This document shows positions 16,467 through 27,533 of a stretch of DNA of 64,000 nt, piece by piece. Numbering within the stretch: the first letter of the stretch is position 1; the number at the start of each line of letters is the position of its first letter. The notes under the pieces were generated by a model that had not been told where the DNA came from, did not search any database, and worked only from the letters and a program-made list of their open reading frames with translations. The position numbers were made by a program, and so were the translations under genes. This DNA comes from Thermoplasmata archaeon (GTDB taxonomy: Archaea; Thermoplasmatota; Thermoplasmata; Lutacidiplasmatales; UBA184): the NCBI GenBank assembly GCA_022750335.1, contig JAKIVX010000005.1:16119-80118 (forward strand), written 5' to 3'.

Positions 16467-16476
16467 TCTCGCCCGC

Positions 16477-18402
<1,926 letters not shown>

Positions 18403-18624
18403 TCAGTGAAAACCGACGTATTGAGACGAGCCGGGCATGTGTTATAACGCTTGGGCCGGGTTGGAAAAAGAGGCCTCTGAAAGGGCCCAAATTGAAGGTC
18501 CGGAAAGCGCTCGGTGCGCTAGGCAATCCGGACCAAATCGGAGTTGGGCCGCGCCCGTGCGACGGGTCGGAGGCGGGCGCAACAAGCCCTAATAACACGG
18601 CCCTTCTGCGCGCCAGTGGTGCTC

Positions 18625-19179
18625 ATGCCCGACGAGCCGAACGCAGTCCCGCCCCTCGAGCCGGAGGCTCCCACGACGGGAGAGGCGAGCCCACCCCCGG
18701 CGGGCGCCACCGAGGACTGGGCGACTCGGTACAAGTATCTCTTCGCCGACTTTGAAAACTTCCGCCGGCGCACCGAGCGAGGTCGCGAAGCGATCACCCG
18801 TCAGGCGAGGGCCGGCCTCATCCGGGAGTTGTTGCCCATCTTCGAGGCGTTCCGATTCGCTCGCGGGGCCGTCGTGAACCTTCCCCCGAATGACCCGATC
18901 CGCCACGGTCTCGAACTGTTGGACCGCGAATGGAACACGTTCCTGAAGCACGAAGGGGTCGAGCCGATCGCCTCCGTGGGTCAGGCGTTCCGGGCGGAGG
19001 AGGAGGAAGCGGTCGGAGAGACCCCTCCGACGGCGGAGGTCCCCGAGGGTGCGGTCGCGGAGATCGTCCAGCAAGGGTATCGATTCTTTGGAGGAGTTCT
19101 CCGGCCGGCCAAGGTGGTCGTCGCCCGCGCGCCGACGGAGAGCGCGGCCGACGTCGCTCGCCCCGAGGAGGCCCCGTGA
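18625..19179 (+). CDS. grpE: Nucleotide exchange factor GrpE
   Basis: The ORF 18544..19179 was trimmed to the ATG at 18625. Motifs YLFADFENFRRRTERGRE and a C-terminal beta domain QQGYRFFGGVLRPAKV. A TATA-like taataa lies about 35 nt upstream. Confidence 0.85.
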   Translation: MPDEPNAVPPLEPEAPTTGEASPPPAGATEDWATRYKYLFADFENFRRRTERGREAITRQARAGLIRELLPIFEAFRFARGAVVNLPPNDPIRHGLELLDREWNTFLKHEGVEPIASVGQAFRAEEEEAVGETPPTAEVPEGAVAEIVQQGYRFFGGVLRPAKVVVARAPTESAADVARPEEAP

Positions 19180-20477
19180 GCGACTCCTCCGAAATCTCCG
19201 GCTTCTACCGCAAGTCGATCGTCGAACGACGCGCCGTCGCTCGGCAGTGGGCGGGCCTGACCGAGGAGGAAGCCCGAGCCTGGGAGTTCCCACCGGGCAT
19301 CGACCCTGCCGTGTTCGACCGGATGATCGAGAACGTGATCGGCGTGATGCCGTTGCCCCTCGGGGTCGCCACGAACTTCCGCATCAACGAGAAGGACTAC
19401 CTCATTCCGATGGCGATCGAGGAACCGAGCGTGGTCGCAGCGGCCTCGAATGCGGCGAAGGTCGCCCGGGTCGCGGGAGGATTCTTCGCTCAGTCCACCG
19501 ACCCCGTGATGATCGGGCAGGTCCAGATCATGGACGTCCACGACCCCTCGGCCGCCCGCCTGCGCATCCTGCACCAGCGGGAAGCGCTCCTCGCCGCGGC
19601 GAACGCGAAGGACCCGGTGCTCGTGAAATTCGGAGGCGGGGCCAAAGAGCTCGAGGTGCGCATCCTGCCCTCTCCGCGGGGGACGATGGTCATCGTCCAC
19701 TTGCTGGTCGACGCCCGCGACGCGGGTGGGATGAACGCCGTCAACACGATGTGCGAAGCCCTCGCCCCCGAACTCGCCCGCTTGGCGGGAGGCCGTTCGG
19801 TCCTTCGCATCATCTCCAATCTCGCCGTCCACCGGCTGGCCCGGGCTCGAGCGACGTTCCGGGCCGACCAGTTGGGCACCGATACGATGTCGGGGACGGC
19901 GGTCGTCGAGGGGATCCTGGATGCGTACGCCTTCGCGGTCGCGGACCCGTTCCGGTGTGCGACGCACAACAAGGGGATCATGAACGGGATCTCCTCCGTC
20001 GTGATCGCCACGGGAAACGACTACCGCGCCATCGAAAGCGGAGCCCATACCTTCGCGGCGTGGCAAGCCGCCCCCGCCGGTGCGGTCGTACGCCCGTTGA
20101 CGACCTACGAGAAGGATCGGGAGGGGAACCTGGTCGGAACGGTCGAATTCCCGGCACCGGTCGGGCTGATCGGGGGAGCCACGGCCGTTCACCCGACCGC
20201 CAAGGCCAACGTGAAGCTCCTGCGCCTCAAGACGGCCCGCGAACTGGGAGAGGTCCTGGCCGCGGTCGGTCTCGCCCAAAATTTCTCCGCCCTCCGGGCG
20301 CTCGCGACCGAAGGGATCCAACGAGGCCACATGGAACTCCACGCCCGCAACCTCGCTGCGAGCGCCGGGGCTCGCCCGGAGGAGATCGAACCGGTCGTGG
20401 CCCGATTGATCGCGGAGCACGCCATCCGATTCGACCGTGCGAAGGCGGTCCTCGAAGAGCTCCGAGCCGCCGGATGA
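19176..20477 (+). CDS. hmgA: Hydroxymethylglutaryl-CoA reductase, class II
   Basis: The ORF 18930..20477 was trimmed to the GTG at 19176 (GTGA overlap with the grpE stop). Motifs ENVIGVMPLPLGVATNF, MAIEEPSVVAAASNAAK, DAGGMNAVNT, HNKGIMNG and TEGIQRGHMELHA. Confidence 0.9.
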   Translation: MSDSSEISGFYRKSIVERRAVARQWAGLTEEEARAWEFPPGIDPAVFDRMIENVIGVMPLPLGVATNFRINEKDYLIPMAIEEPSVVAAASNAAKVARVAGGFFAQSTDPVMIGQVQIMDVHDPSAARLRILHQREALLAAANAKDPVLVKFGGGAKELEVRILPSPRGTMVIVHLLVDARDAGGMNAVNTMCEALAPELARLAGGRSVLRIISNLAVHRLARARATFRADQLGTDTMSGTAVVEGILDAYAFAVADPFRCATHNKGIMNGISSVVIATGNDYRAIESGAHTFAAWQAAPAGAVVRPLTTYEKDREGNLVGTVEFPAPVGLIGGATAVHPTAKANVKLLRLKTARELGEVLAAVGLAQNFSALRALATEGIQRGHMELHARNLAASAGARPEEIEPVVARLIAEHAIRFDRAKAVLEELRAAG

Positions 20478-21067
20478 AGGTCGGGGTCCTGGCACTGCAA
20501 GGGGACGTTCCGGAACATCTGCGCGCCCTGACGGACGTGGTTCCGAAGACGTCGGTCGTGGCCGTCCGTCGGCCGGCCGACCTCGCGGAGGTGGACGCGC
20601 TTTTCCTGCCCGGCGGGGAGTCGACCACGATCGCGCGCCTCCTCGCGGAGTCCGGTCTGTGGGCGCCCCTGGCGCACCGGCTCGGGGAGGGATTTCCGGT
20701 ACTGGGAACCTGCGCCGGCCTCATCCTGCTCGCCCGAGACCTCGCGCCGAGCCCGGCGGGTCGCGAGCCGCCGACGTTCGGGGTGCTGGACGTTCGGGTC
20801 CGAAGGAACGATTATGGCTCCCAGCGCGAGTCGTTCGAAGGACCGGTGCGCGTGGAGGGCGTCGGCAAGCGGCCCTTCCCGGGAGTGTTTATCCGGGCCC
20901 CGCGCATCCTGGCGGTCGGTACCGACGCCCGAGCGATCGCCTGGGCCGGCGATGAGGTGGTCGGCGTTCGCTCCGGTGCCGTCTGGGGATTGTCCTTCCA
21001 CCCCGAACTCTCGGGCGATGTCCGGGTGCACCGGGCGTTCCTGCGCGGGCTCCCGCGCAGCCGCTAG
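20474..21067 (+). CDS. pdxT: Pyridoxal 5'-phosphate synthase glutaminase subunit PdxT
   Basis: These are the last 197 codons of the track ORF 19049..21067. The ATG at 20474 overlaps the hmgA stop as ATGA. Motifs MKVGVLALQGD, LPGGESTT, GTCAGLILLA and FHPEL. Confidence 0.9.
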   Translation: MKVGVLALQGDVPEHLRALTDVVPKTSVVAVRRPADLAEVDALFLPGGESTTIARLLAESGLWAPLAHRLGEGFPVLGTCAGLILLARDLAPSPAGREPPTFGVLDVRVRRNDYGSQRESFEGPVRVEGVGKRPFPGVFIRAPRILAVGTDARAIAWAGDEVVGVRSGAVWGLSFHPELSGDVRVHRAFLRGLPRSR

Positions 21068-21465
21068 CGCAGGACGAGGACCAGCATCAGTCCGACCACG
21101 AGAACTGCCCCGACGGCCGCGACGGCGGCCTTCACCTTCCAGGAGAGCGCCCTCCATCCGCCGAAGAAGATGGGAACGGGACCGATCAATACCAGGCCCA
21201 CGGCCTCCGTGGAGGGTGCCTCCCCATGGTGGCTCGCTCCCACCGGTTCGCGAACTTCGACCGAAGCTCCGAACGCGAGCGGCAGGGTGAGGAACGCCCC
21301 GACGAGCAGGACGACCCCGAGAAGGAACTCGGCGTCGTTCCCATAGACGACGGGGAACACGACCACGAGCGCGACCGAAGCCGACCCCCGGACCACGGCG
21401 TCGGCGATGACCGCAATTCCCGAGACGGCGAGCACGATCGGGAGGAGGCTCGCCGCTCGCATCAA
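21064..21465 (-). CDS. Small integral membrane protein, function unknown
   Basis: 133 aa with about four hydrophobic helices. Its 3' end overlaps the pdxT stop by 4 nt. No confident family assignment. Confidence 0.5.
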   Translation of the reverse strand: MMRAASLLPIVLAVSGIAVIADAVVRGSASVALVVVFPVVYGNDAEFLLGVVLLVGAFLTLPLAFGASVEVREPVGASHHGEAPSTEAVGLVLIGPVPIFFGGWRALSWKVKAAVAAVGAVLVVGLMLVLVLR

Positions 21466-21505
21466 AGGTGCGAGGGTCGTTCCGGGTGAAGAGAATACCG
21501 ACGTC

Positions 21506-22531
21506 CTAGTGGTAGGTGTCGAACCGGTACGGTTCGAGCGGGAGCTCCCCGAGCGCCATCAGGAACTCGGGGGGCGTGAGGACGGGCTTGGAGTAGTTCC
21601 CGCTGTCATCGAGCGCGATCCGTGGACAGGCCGTGTTCACGTAGGCGTCGAGCGCCCTCCCTTCGAGGTCCCGGGGGTCCAACCGGTCGAAGATGAGGAT
21701 CTCCGCCTCCCGGCCCCTCGCCCGAGCGCGCTCCTGGAGCGCGAGGGCGGTGGGAGAACGGTTCTGCCCGCCGAAGGAAGAGACCAAGATCCCCCAGCGA
21801 CGCGCGTCCCGAGCCAGAGCGACGGTGAGCTGACGGCGCCGGATGAGAGCGCCGCGGTCGATCGGCGCCTCGAGCGTACCCTGGAGCGGGTCGAGCGACC
21901 AAACGGGCCGGTCGACCGCGAAGGCGAGCCCGATCGGGTGGAACATTCCGGTGCCGAGGAAGAGGAATCCGTCCACGACCGATTCGACCGCTTCGGCTCC
22001 CGTGTAATTGCATCCGAGCGCCTGGCCGGCGTACGCCAGGCGTCGATCGCCCCGGCCGACCCGCACGTCGAACCCCCGGCGACCCAGTTCCGCGGAGAGG
22101 GGAGGGATCAGGTCGAGGTGTTGGACGGAGGCGACGAGCCCCAAGCGGGACGGAAGACGCCCGTCCACCACCAAGTCCGCCAAGCGGCTCGGGTCCCCGC
22201 CCGTCTCCCGCATTTCGACGAAGTAGGTGGGGCGCGGTAGGGGAACATTCGGGATCGGAGCGTGCCCCAGGACGACCGCGACGTCCGCGCGGGGGGCTTC
22301 GTCGTGGGACGGAAAATCGCAGGCGCCGAAACACGCGCGCGCCCCCAGGACGACCGGTGCGCCCACCGCCGTTCGGATCCGGTCGACGAGGTCCGTCGCG
22401 TTCCGGATGAGTCCAGCGGGCACCTGGAGCACGATGCGGGCGGGCCGAGCCTGCCGAAGGGCTTCGAACAAGGCCTCCCCCACCTCGGGGAACACCCAGG
22501 TGTCGTGGGCCGGATGCGTCGCCTCGACCAT
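21506..22531 (-). CDS. dph2: Diphthamide synthesis radical-SAM enzyme Dph2
   Basis: 341 aa. Motifs CNYTG, FLGTGMFHPIGLA and DAYVNTACPRIALDD, typical of archaeal Dph2. Confidence 0.85.
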   Translation of the reverse strand: MVEATHPAHDTWVFPEVGEALFEALRQARPARIVLQVPAGLIRNATDLVDRIRTAVGAPVVLGARACFGACDFPSHDEAPRADVAVVLGHAPIPNVPLPRPTYFVEMRETGGDPSRLADLVVDGRLPSRLGLVASVQHLDLIPPLSAELGRRGFDVRVGRGDRRLAYAGQALGCNYTGAEAVESVVDGFLFLGTGMFHPIGLAFAVDRPVWSLDPLQGTLEAPIDRGALIRRRQLTVALARDARRWGILVSSFGGQNRSPTALALQERARARGREAEILIFDRLDPRDLEGRALDAYVNTACPRIALDDSGNYSKPVLTPPEFLMALGELPLEPYRFDTYH

Positions 22532-22558
22532 GGACGGGCCGCGAGCCCGGTCGAAGGG

Positions 22559-23032
22559 CTAAGCCTTGCGGGGAGCGGGTCCGACCCGTTCGAGGAGGCG
22601 CCGGACCGCCTCCTGATTGTCCGGGTAGTGCAGGCGGGCGATCGCTTCGGCCGGCGCGACCCACTCGAAAGCCTCGTGCTCCGCACTGAGGCGCGGCTCG
22701 AAGTCGGGGGCCACCTGGACCGCGTACGCGTGGAGTCGCCACACCTGGCCGTTGTCGGCCCGGAACGGAACCTCCCAGTCGAGGGAAAGCATGCGCAACG
22801 GCGATCGCAGCCCCGTTTCTTCCTCGAGTTCTCGGAGCAGGGCGTGCCCAAGGGTCGGGTCGGCCGGATCCACCTTGCCACTGATCGGGACCCAGACCGA
22901 ACCCCGTGACGGAGGTCGTCGAAAGAGAAGGATCCGTACGGGGTCGGTCGCGTAGAGGTACCCTTCCACGCACTCGCGATCGACGGGCTCGTGGGGCGAG
23001 GGAGGATCGGTCCGATCCGTTCCGGCCGTCAT
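22559..23032 (-). CDS. NUDIX hydrolase
   Basis: Nudix box GKVDPADPTLGHALLRELEEETGL. Confidence 0.85.
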   Translation of the reverse strand: MTAGTDRTDPPSPHEPVDRECVEGYLYATDPVRILLFRRPPSRGSVWVPISGKVDPADPTLGHALLRELEEETGLRSPLRMLSLDWEVPFRADNGQVWRLHAYAVQVAPDFEPRLSAEHEAFEWVAPAEAIARLHYPDNQEAVRRLLERVGPAPRKA

Positions 23033-23048
23033 GGCCCGAGAGAGGGGT

Positions 23049-23450
23049 CTACCGGCGGCGCGTCATGAGCTTCATGATCGCCTCGGCGGGAGCGCCGTCG
23101 GACTGGAGGAGCGCTTCGACCGCCTCCGAACGGGAGACCTGGGCCTGCTCCATCACGAGCTGGACATCCTCATCGGGAGGCCCGGCCGGGGCGGGCGGGA
23201 GCGAGCTCGGAGCGTGGGAAGAGGCGGATCCTCCGGAACCCCGGGGTCGGATTTCGGGCGTGCCCACCACCTGGTAGGTGCGGACGCCCTGGACGGTGAG
23301 GACGGTGACCTCCGGGGACTTGAAGACATGGTCCTGGGTCTTCGTCCGCACGATGACCTCATCGACGTCCGGGACTTCTTCGGTTTTCATCCCGAGACGC
23401 CGCATCATCATCTGCATCTGGCGCTCGTTGCGCGGTCCCCCCGGGAGCAT
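23049..23450 (-). CDS. nac: Nascent polypeptide-associated complex protein (archaeal NAC alpha)
   Basis: 133 aa. NAC domain QMQMMMRRLGMKTEEVPDVDEVIVRT...VTVLTVQGVRTYQVVG and a C-terminal UBA-like DVQLVMEQAQVSRSEAVEAL. Confidence 0.85.
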   Translation of the reverse strand: MLPGGPRNERQMQMMMRRLGMKTEEVPDVDEVIVRTKTQDHVFKSPEVTVLTVQGVRTYQVVGTPEIRPRGSGGSASSHAPSSLPPAPAGPPDEDVQLVMEQAQVSRSEAVEALLQSDGAPAEAIMKLMTRRR

Positions 23451-23462
23451 CGGTACCTCCGT

Positions 23463-24701
23463 CTACTCGTCGTCGTCGGTCGTCGCCGTCCGGATCTTGC
23501 GTTCCAGGTCGGGGTCCGCGATCTCCGCCTCGTCCATGTCGGACGAGCCGGCGCGGCGTCGACCCCGGGTCCTTCGGGTCTCTTGGCTGCGTTGCACCTG
23601 GGAGGTCAGTTCGTCCATCAGGCCCGAGATGCCCGCCATCAAGTTCCAGCCGGTGTGCGAGGCATAGAAGATCCCCTGGTCGGTGTGTAGGCGCGCTTCG
23701 ACCGTGAGGTCGGAGGTCCGGTGGGTTGAGTGGGGGCTCAAGTGGAGGCTGAGCAGGATCGGCCGAACGTGGTGCGCGATCCGTTTGAGCGAGCCCGCGA
23801 CCATGTGGTCGATGTCGGCGAGCAGGCCCGGATCGCTCGAACCTCGAAGGCCGGTGACCTCGACGTAGACATCCTCCACGCCGCCGCGGCCGTGCGGGGG
23901 GGCGGTGGATCCGACGACGAGGGTCAGAAGGTCGGTCTGGGCCACGATGCGCGTGGGGCGCCCTTTCTCGACCACGAAGACGCTCGAGATCTTCTCGCGG
24001 GACATGACCCGCGCCGCGTCGAGGGCATCCGCCCCCGCCAGGACGGTGAAGGCGGGCGCGTGCATGATCGACGTGACCTCGACATCGAGGGCGGAGCCCC
24101 GCGTGGCGACGTCGAGCTTTCCTCCGACCGTGGGCCGCCAGAGGACGCCGGCGAGGTCCTCGAGACCGACCGCACCCACTAGCCGCCCCTTCTTGTCGAC
24201 GACCGGGAGCGCATGTTCCTCGAGGAGGCGGATCTGGCCGAACAGGTGGCGCACCGTGTCGCTCTCGCGGACGAAGTAGGACGCCGAGCGGCCGATCCGC
24301 TCCACCGGGGACCGGGCGAGGCCGGCGAGGCCCGGCAGGGCACGGACGAGGTCGGTCCGGCTGATCACGCCGAGGAGTTCACCGCGGCGACCGACCACCG
24401 GGGCTCCGCGCAGCCCGGTCGCGAGCAGTTCCGCGGCGACCTCGGGGAGGGTGGAGGTCGGGGTGACCAACGGAGGGACGACGAGCAGGTGGCCGACCTT
24501 GGTCGCGACCGAGCGGCTGGAGCGTCGCGCGATGGTCTCGAACGTGATCATGCCGAGGAGGCGGCGGCCCTGGAGGACTGGGATCTCGTGGATGCCGCGA
24601 CTGCGCATCAGGCCGAGCGCGCGGGAGATCGGCGCGTCGTGCGGGAGGGTCACCGGACGCGCGGTCATCAGTTCCCCGGCGGAGGGCCATGCAACGGGCA
24701 T
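23463..24701 (-). CDS. Four-CBS-domain protein with a C-terminal HPF/RaiA (ribosomal S30AE)-like domain
   Basis: 412 aa. There are four CBS repeats (aa about 12-262). aa about 275-375 read VYVEVTG...LTVEARLHTDQGIFYASHTGWNLMAGISGLMDELTSQV. This aligns by eye to E. coli HPF as I recall it (LNITG...ATLHVNGGEIHASAEGQDMYAAIDGLIDKLARQL). The tail is acidic. Confidence 0.75.
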   Translation of the reverse strand: MPVAWPSAGELMTARPVTLPHDAPISRALGLMRSRGIHEIPVLQGRRLLGMITFETIARRSSRSVATKVGHLLVVPPLVTPTSTLPEVAAELLATGLRGAPVVGRRGELLGVISRTDLVRALPGLAGLARSPVERIGRSASYFVRESDTVRHLFGQIRLLEEHALPVVDKKGRLVGAVGLEDLAGVLWRPTVGGKLDVATRGSALDVEVTSIMHAPAFTVLAGADALDAARVMSREKISSVFVVEKGRPTRIVAQTDLLTLVVGSTAPPHGRGGVEDVYVEVTGLRGSSDPGLLADIDHMVAGSLKRIAHHVRPILLSLHLSPHSTHRTSDLTVEARLHTDQGIFYASHTGWNLMAGISGLMDELTSQVQRSQETRRTRGRRRAGSSDMDEAEIADPDLERKIRTATTDDDE

Positions 24702-24754
24702 GCCGGACCATCCGACGGCGAGGCTTTAGAGACTGCGGGTCGGCGGCCCCGGTT

Positions 24755-25261
24755 TCAGGGAAGGGGTCGCGCCATCTGGTATCCGTTCTCCCCGTCCGAG
24801 TAGTACGCCTTCAGCAGGTCGACGACCGAGTACTGGTACCGGGCATAGAATCGGATCGCGGTCGCATTGGAGACCCGCACCTCCAACGTGGCCCGTCGGA
24901 ACCCTCGCGCGCGGCATCGGTCGAGGAACGACGACATGAGGAGGTTGCCGACCCCGAGCTCCCGGTGATGGCGGTCGACGGCGAACATCAGCACCCGGGC
25001 CTCGCGGTCGACCTGGGAGACGCCGAGCAAGAATCCCACCGGGACGTCGTACGGGTCGGCGGCGACGAGAAACCCGTCGGCCCACTCGGCGCTCAGCGTC
25101 AGGTAGAGTCCGGGGTCGTAGTGCTCGTGCAGGGCATCGGCGACGATGGAGGAAACGAACGGAACGTCGGTCGGTCGGAAACCGCGCAGGGTGACCGGCG
25201 GTCGGTCCTCGGGCATCGGGACCGAGCGTGGGGTCGGAGCCGTGTCAGCGATACATCTCAC
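24755..25261 (-). CDS. GNAT N-acetyltransferase (RimI-like)
   Basis: 168 aa. Motif AVDRHHRELGVGNLLM (R-x-x-G-x-G/A) followed by LEVRVSNATAIRFYARYQY. Confidence 0.8.
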   Translation of the reverse strand: MRCIADTAPTPRSVPMPEDRPPVTLRGFRPTDVPFVSSIVADALHEHYDPGLYLTLSAEWADGFLVAADPYDVPVGFLLGVSQVDREARVLMFAVDRHHRELGVGNLLMSSFLDRCRARGFRRATLEVRVSNATAIRFYARYQYSVVDLLKAYYSDGENGYQMARPLP

Positions 25262-26138
25262 CCGGCCCTTCGGGTTCGGCCGCGCGCATGGCCGACATCG
25301 AGTCCTTGGTCTGCCGGAGGGTCCGACGCACGCCCTCCTCGATCTCCCGGGCCTTCTCCCGGAGCGGCTTCGTATCGAGGACGAGGAGCGGCACGAGGGG
25401 ATTGAGGGTCTCGATCACCTTCGCGGCCGCGCGAGCGTCCGGGTAGTCCTTGTGGGCCTGGGCGACAAAGCAGAGCACCGGCAGGGTTCGGTTGATCGCG
25501 CCGAGCAGCAATCCGCCCGCGAGTCCCGTGACGACGCCGTTCGCCGCGGCGAACTGGTACTTCTCGAGGAGCGGGGCCGCGGCCCGATTGGACATCGCCA
25601 CGACCCGGGCATCCCCGCCCACCTCGGACTCGATCGGCTGACCCTCGATCGCTACGACGAACTGGACCCCCTTGCGTTCGGCCCAATCGAGGAGGACCCG
25701 TCCGAGTTCGTTCAGCATCCCGGGCGAGGGTTGGATATCGGCGATTAGGACGACCAACTGGTCACACGAGCGGTCGACCCCGCAGACGAGCTTGCTCGCA
25801 TAGAAGCGAACCGGGGCGCTCACGACGCCCTCCTCCATGACGACGGTCGGCGGGAACTCCTCGCTGATCATGTAGGCGATCGGGCTCATGTCGAGCGCGT
25901 GGACGAGGTACGACGCGGCCACGGATCCCACCAGCCCATGCGTCGGGAATCCCACCACGAGCATCGCGCCCTTGAGCGGTTCGTCGCGGGTGTCGATGAT
26001 CTGGATCTGGGCACTCTGGAGGGCCACTCGGTCACCTGGGTGTCGTAGGAACACCTCTCCGCCTCTTATGGGGCTTTGGTCCGGGGGCGCATCGGGCCCG
26101 GAGGGGTGGTCTCGGTTCCCGGCCCGCTTCGAGACCAC
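25245..26138 (-). CDS. Proteasome assembly chaperone (PAC2) family protein
   Basis: 297 aa. Motif VVGFPTHGLVGSVAASYLV, typical of archaeal PAC2/DUF75 proteins. Confidence 0.7.
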   Translation of the reverse strand: MVSKRAGNRDHPSGPDAPPDQSPIRGGEVFLRHPGDRVALQSAQIQIIDTRDEPLKGAMLVVGFPTHGLVGSVAASYLVHALDMSPIAYMISEEFPPTVVMEEGVVSAPVRFYASKLVCGVDRSCDQLVVLIADIQPSPGMLNELGRVLLDWAERKGVQFVVAIEGQPIESEVGGDARVVAMSNRAAAPLLEKYQFAAANGVVTGLAGGLLLGAINRTLPVLCFVAQAHKDYPDARAAAKVIETLNPLVPLLVLDTKPLREKAREIEEGVRRTLRQTKDSMSAMRAAEPEGPGEMYR

Positions 26139-26265
26139 TGAATTCTCCGCCGAAGAACGGGATCACCGAGGGGGGCGGCTCCGAGGGGCCGAGCTAGAGA
26201 ATCGCACTCTCGGAGGGGATAACACTTAAAGAGGGGGACCGAGCATTCAGAGCCGCTCGGAGCCC

Positions 26266-27522
26266 ATGAAGGTCCTCGTAACAGGTGTGGATGGGTACTC
26301 CGGCTGGCCCCTCGCGCTCCATCTGATCGCCCGTGGCCACGAGGTGGTCGGGATCGACAACTTCGTCACCCGAAAACGGGTGAAGGAGGTCGGAAGTTGG
26401 TCGGCGACCCCCATCCCGTCGTTCCCCCGTCGTCAGGCGGCCGTGAAGGAGATCTTCGGCAAGGACCTGGGATTCTATCGGGGCGACCTCCAGAACTACG
26501 CGTTCGTCCGCCACGTGCTCGAACACGAGCGGCCCGATGCGATCGTGCACCTGGCCGAACAACGCAGCGCCCCTTACTCGATGATCGATGTCCACCACGC
26601 GGTCGCAACGCAGGTGGAGAACCTCACCGGAACCCTCCACATCCTGTACGCCATGAAAGAGGCGTGTCCGAACGCTCACCTCGTGAAGATGGGCACGATG
26701 GGGGAGTACGGTACACCGAACACAGACATCCCCGAGGGGTCGTTCGATGTCGAGTTCAACGGACGCAAGGACCACATGCCCTTCCCGCGCCAGGGCGGGT
26801 CCTGGTACCACTGGAGCAAGGTCTTCGATTCGGGGGACGTCATGTTCGCGTCCCGGATCTTCAATCTGCGCGCGACCGACGTGATGCAGGGTGTGATCTA
26901 CGGAGTACGGACCCCCGAGATCACCGACGACCGCCTCCTCACCCGCTTCGATTTCGACGAAACCTGGGGGACGGCGCTGAACCGGTTCATCGCCCAGGCC
27001 GTGCTGGGTTCTCCGATCACTCCGTACGGACGGGGCGAGCAAAAGCGTGGGTTCCTCGCGCTGGAGGATTCGATGCAGTCCCTGCGCCTCGCGCTCGAGA
27101 ACCCCGCGGCCCCGGGCGAGTACCGCGTGTTCAACCAGTTCGATGCCTCCTACTCCATCAACGAGCTCGCGGACCGGGTGGGCCGGATCGCGGCCGAATT
27201 CGGCCTCAAGCCGGTCATCGAGCATCCCGCCGACCCCCGGGTCGAAGCGGAGCAGCACTACTACAACCCGATCCATGAACGTTTGCCCGCGCTCGGATAC
27301 AAGCGCTCTCGGGAGCTGGACGAAGTCGTCCGGGAGATCTTTACTGATCTCCTCCGCTTCCGCCGCCGCCTCGAAGCGCGGCGGCACGTGGTCGTCCCGA
27401 CGGTCCAGTGGCGTGTCGCCGACAGCGGCCCGTTGCTTCAGGCCCGCGCCGGTTCCGAACCGACGCTTAACGCCGAGCAACCTCCACCCCCGACGTCTCC
27501 GTCCATCGGTAGCCCCGCCTAA
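26266..27522 (+). CDS. agl3: UDP-sulfoquinovose synthase (SQD1/SqdB/Agl3 family SDR)
   Basis: 418 aa. Motifs VTGVDGYSGWPLALHL, VHLAEQRSAPYSMID, LVKMGTMGEYGTPNTDIPEG and WYHWSKV closely track the SQD1/Agl3 sequences as I recall them. Confidence 0.8.
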   Translation: MKVLVTGVDGYSGWPLALHLIARGHEVVGIDNFVTRKRVKEVGSWSATPIPSFPRRQAAVKEIFGKDLGFYRGDLQNYAFVRHVLEHERPDAIVHLAEQRSAPYSMIDVHHAVATQVENLTGTLHILYAMKEACPNAHLVKMGTMGEYGTPNTDIPEGSFDVEFNGRKDHMPFPRQGGSWYHWSKVFDSGDVMFASRIFNLRATDVMQGVIYGVRTPEITDDRLLTRFDFDETWGTALNRFIAQAVLGSPITPYGRGEQKRGFLALEDSMQSLRLALENPAAPGEYRVFNQFDASYSINELADRVGRIAAEFGLKPVIEHPADPRVEAEQHYYNPIHERLPALGYKRSRELDEVVREIFTDLLRFRRRLEARRHVVVPTVQWRVADSGPLLQARAGSEPTLNAEQPPPPTSPSIGSPA

Positions 27523-27533
27523 GCCGGAGCGGC

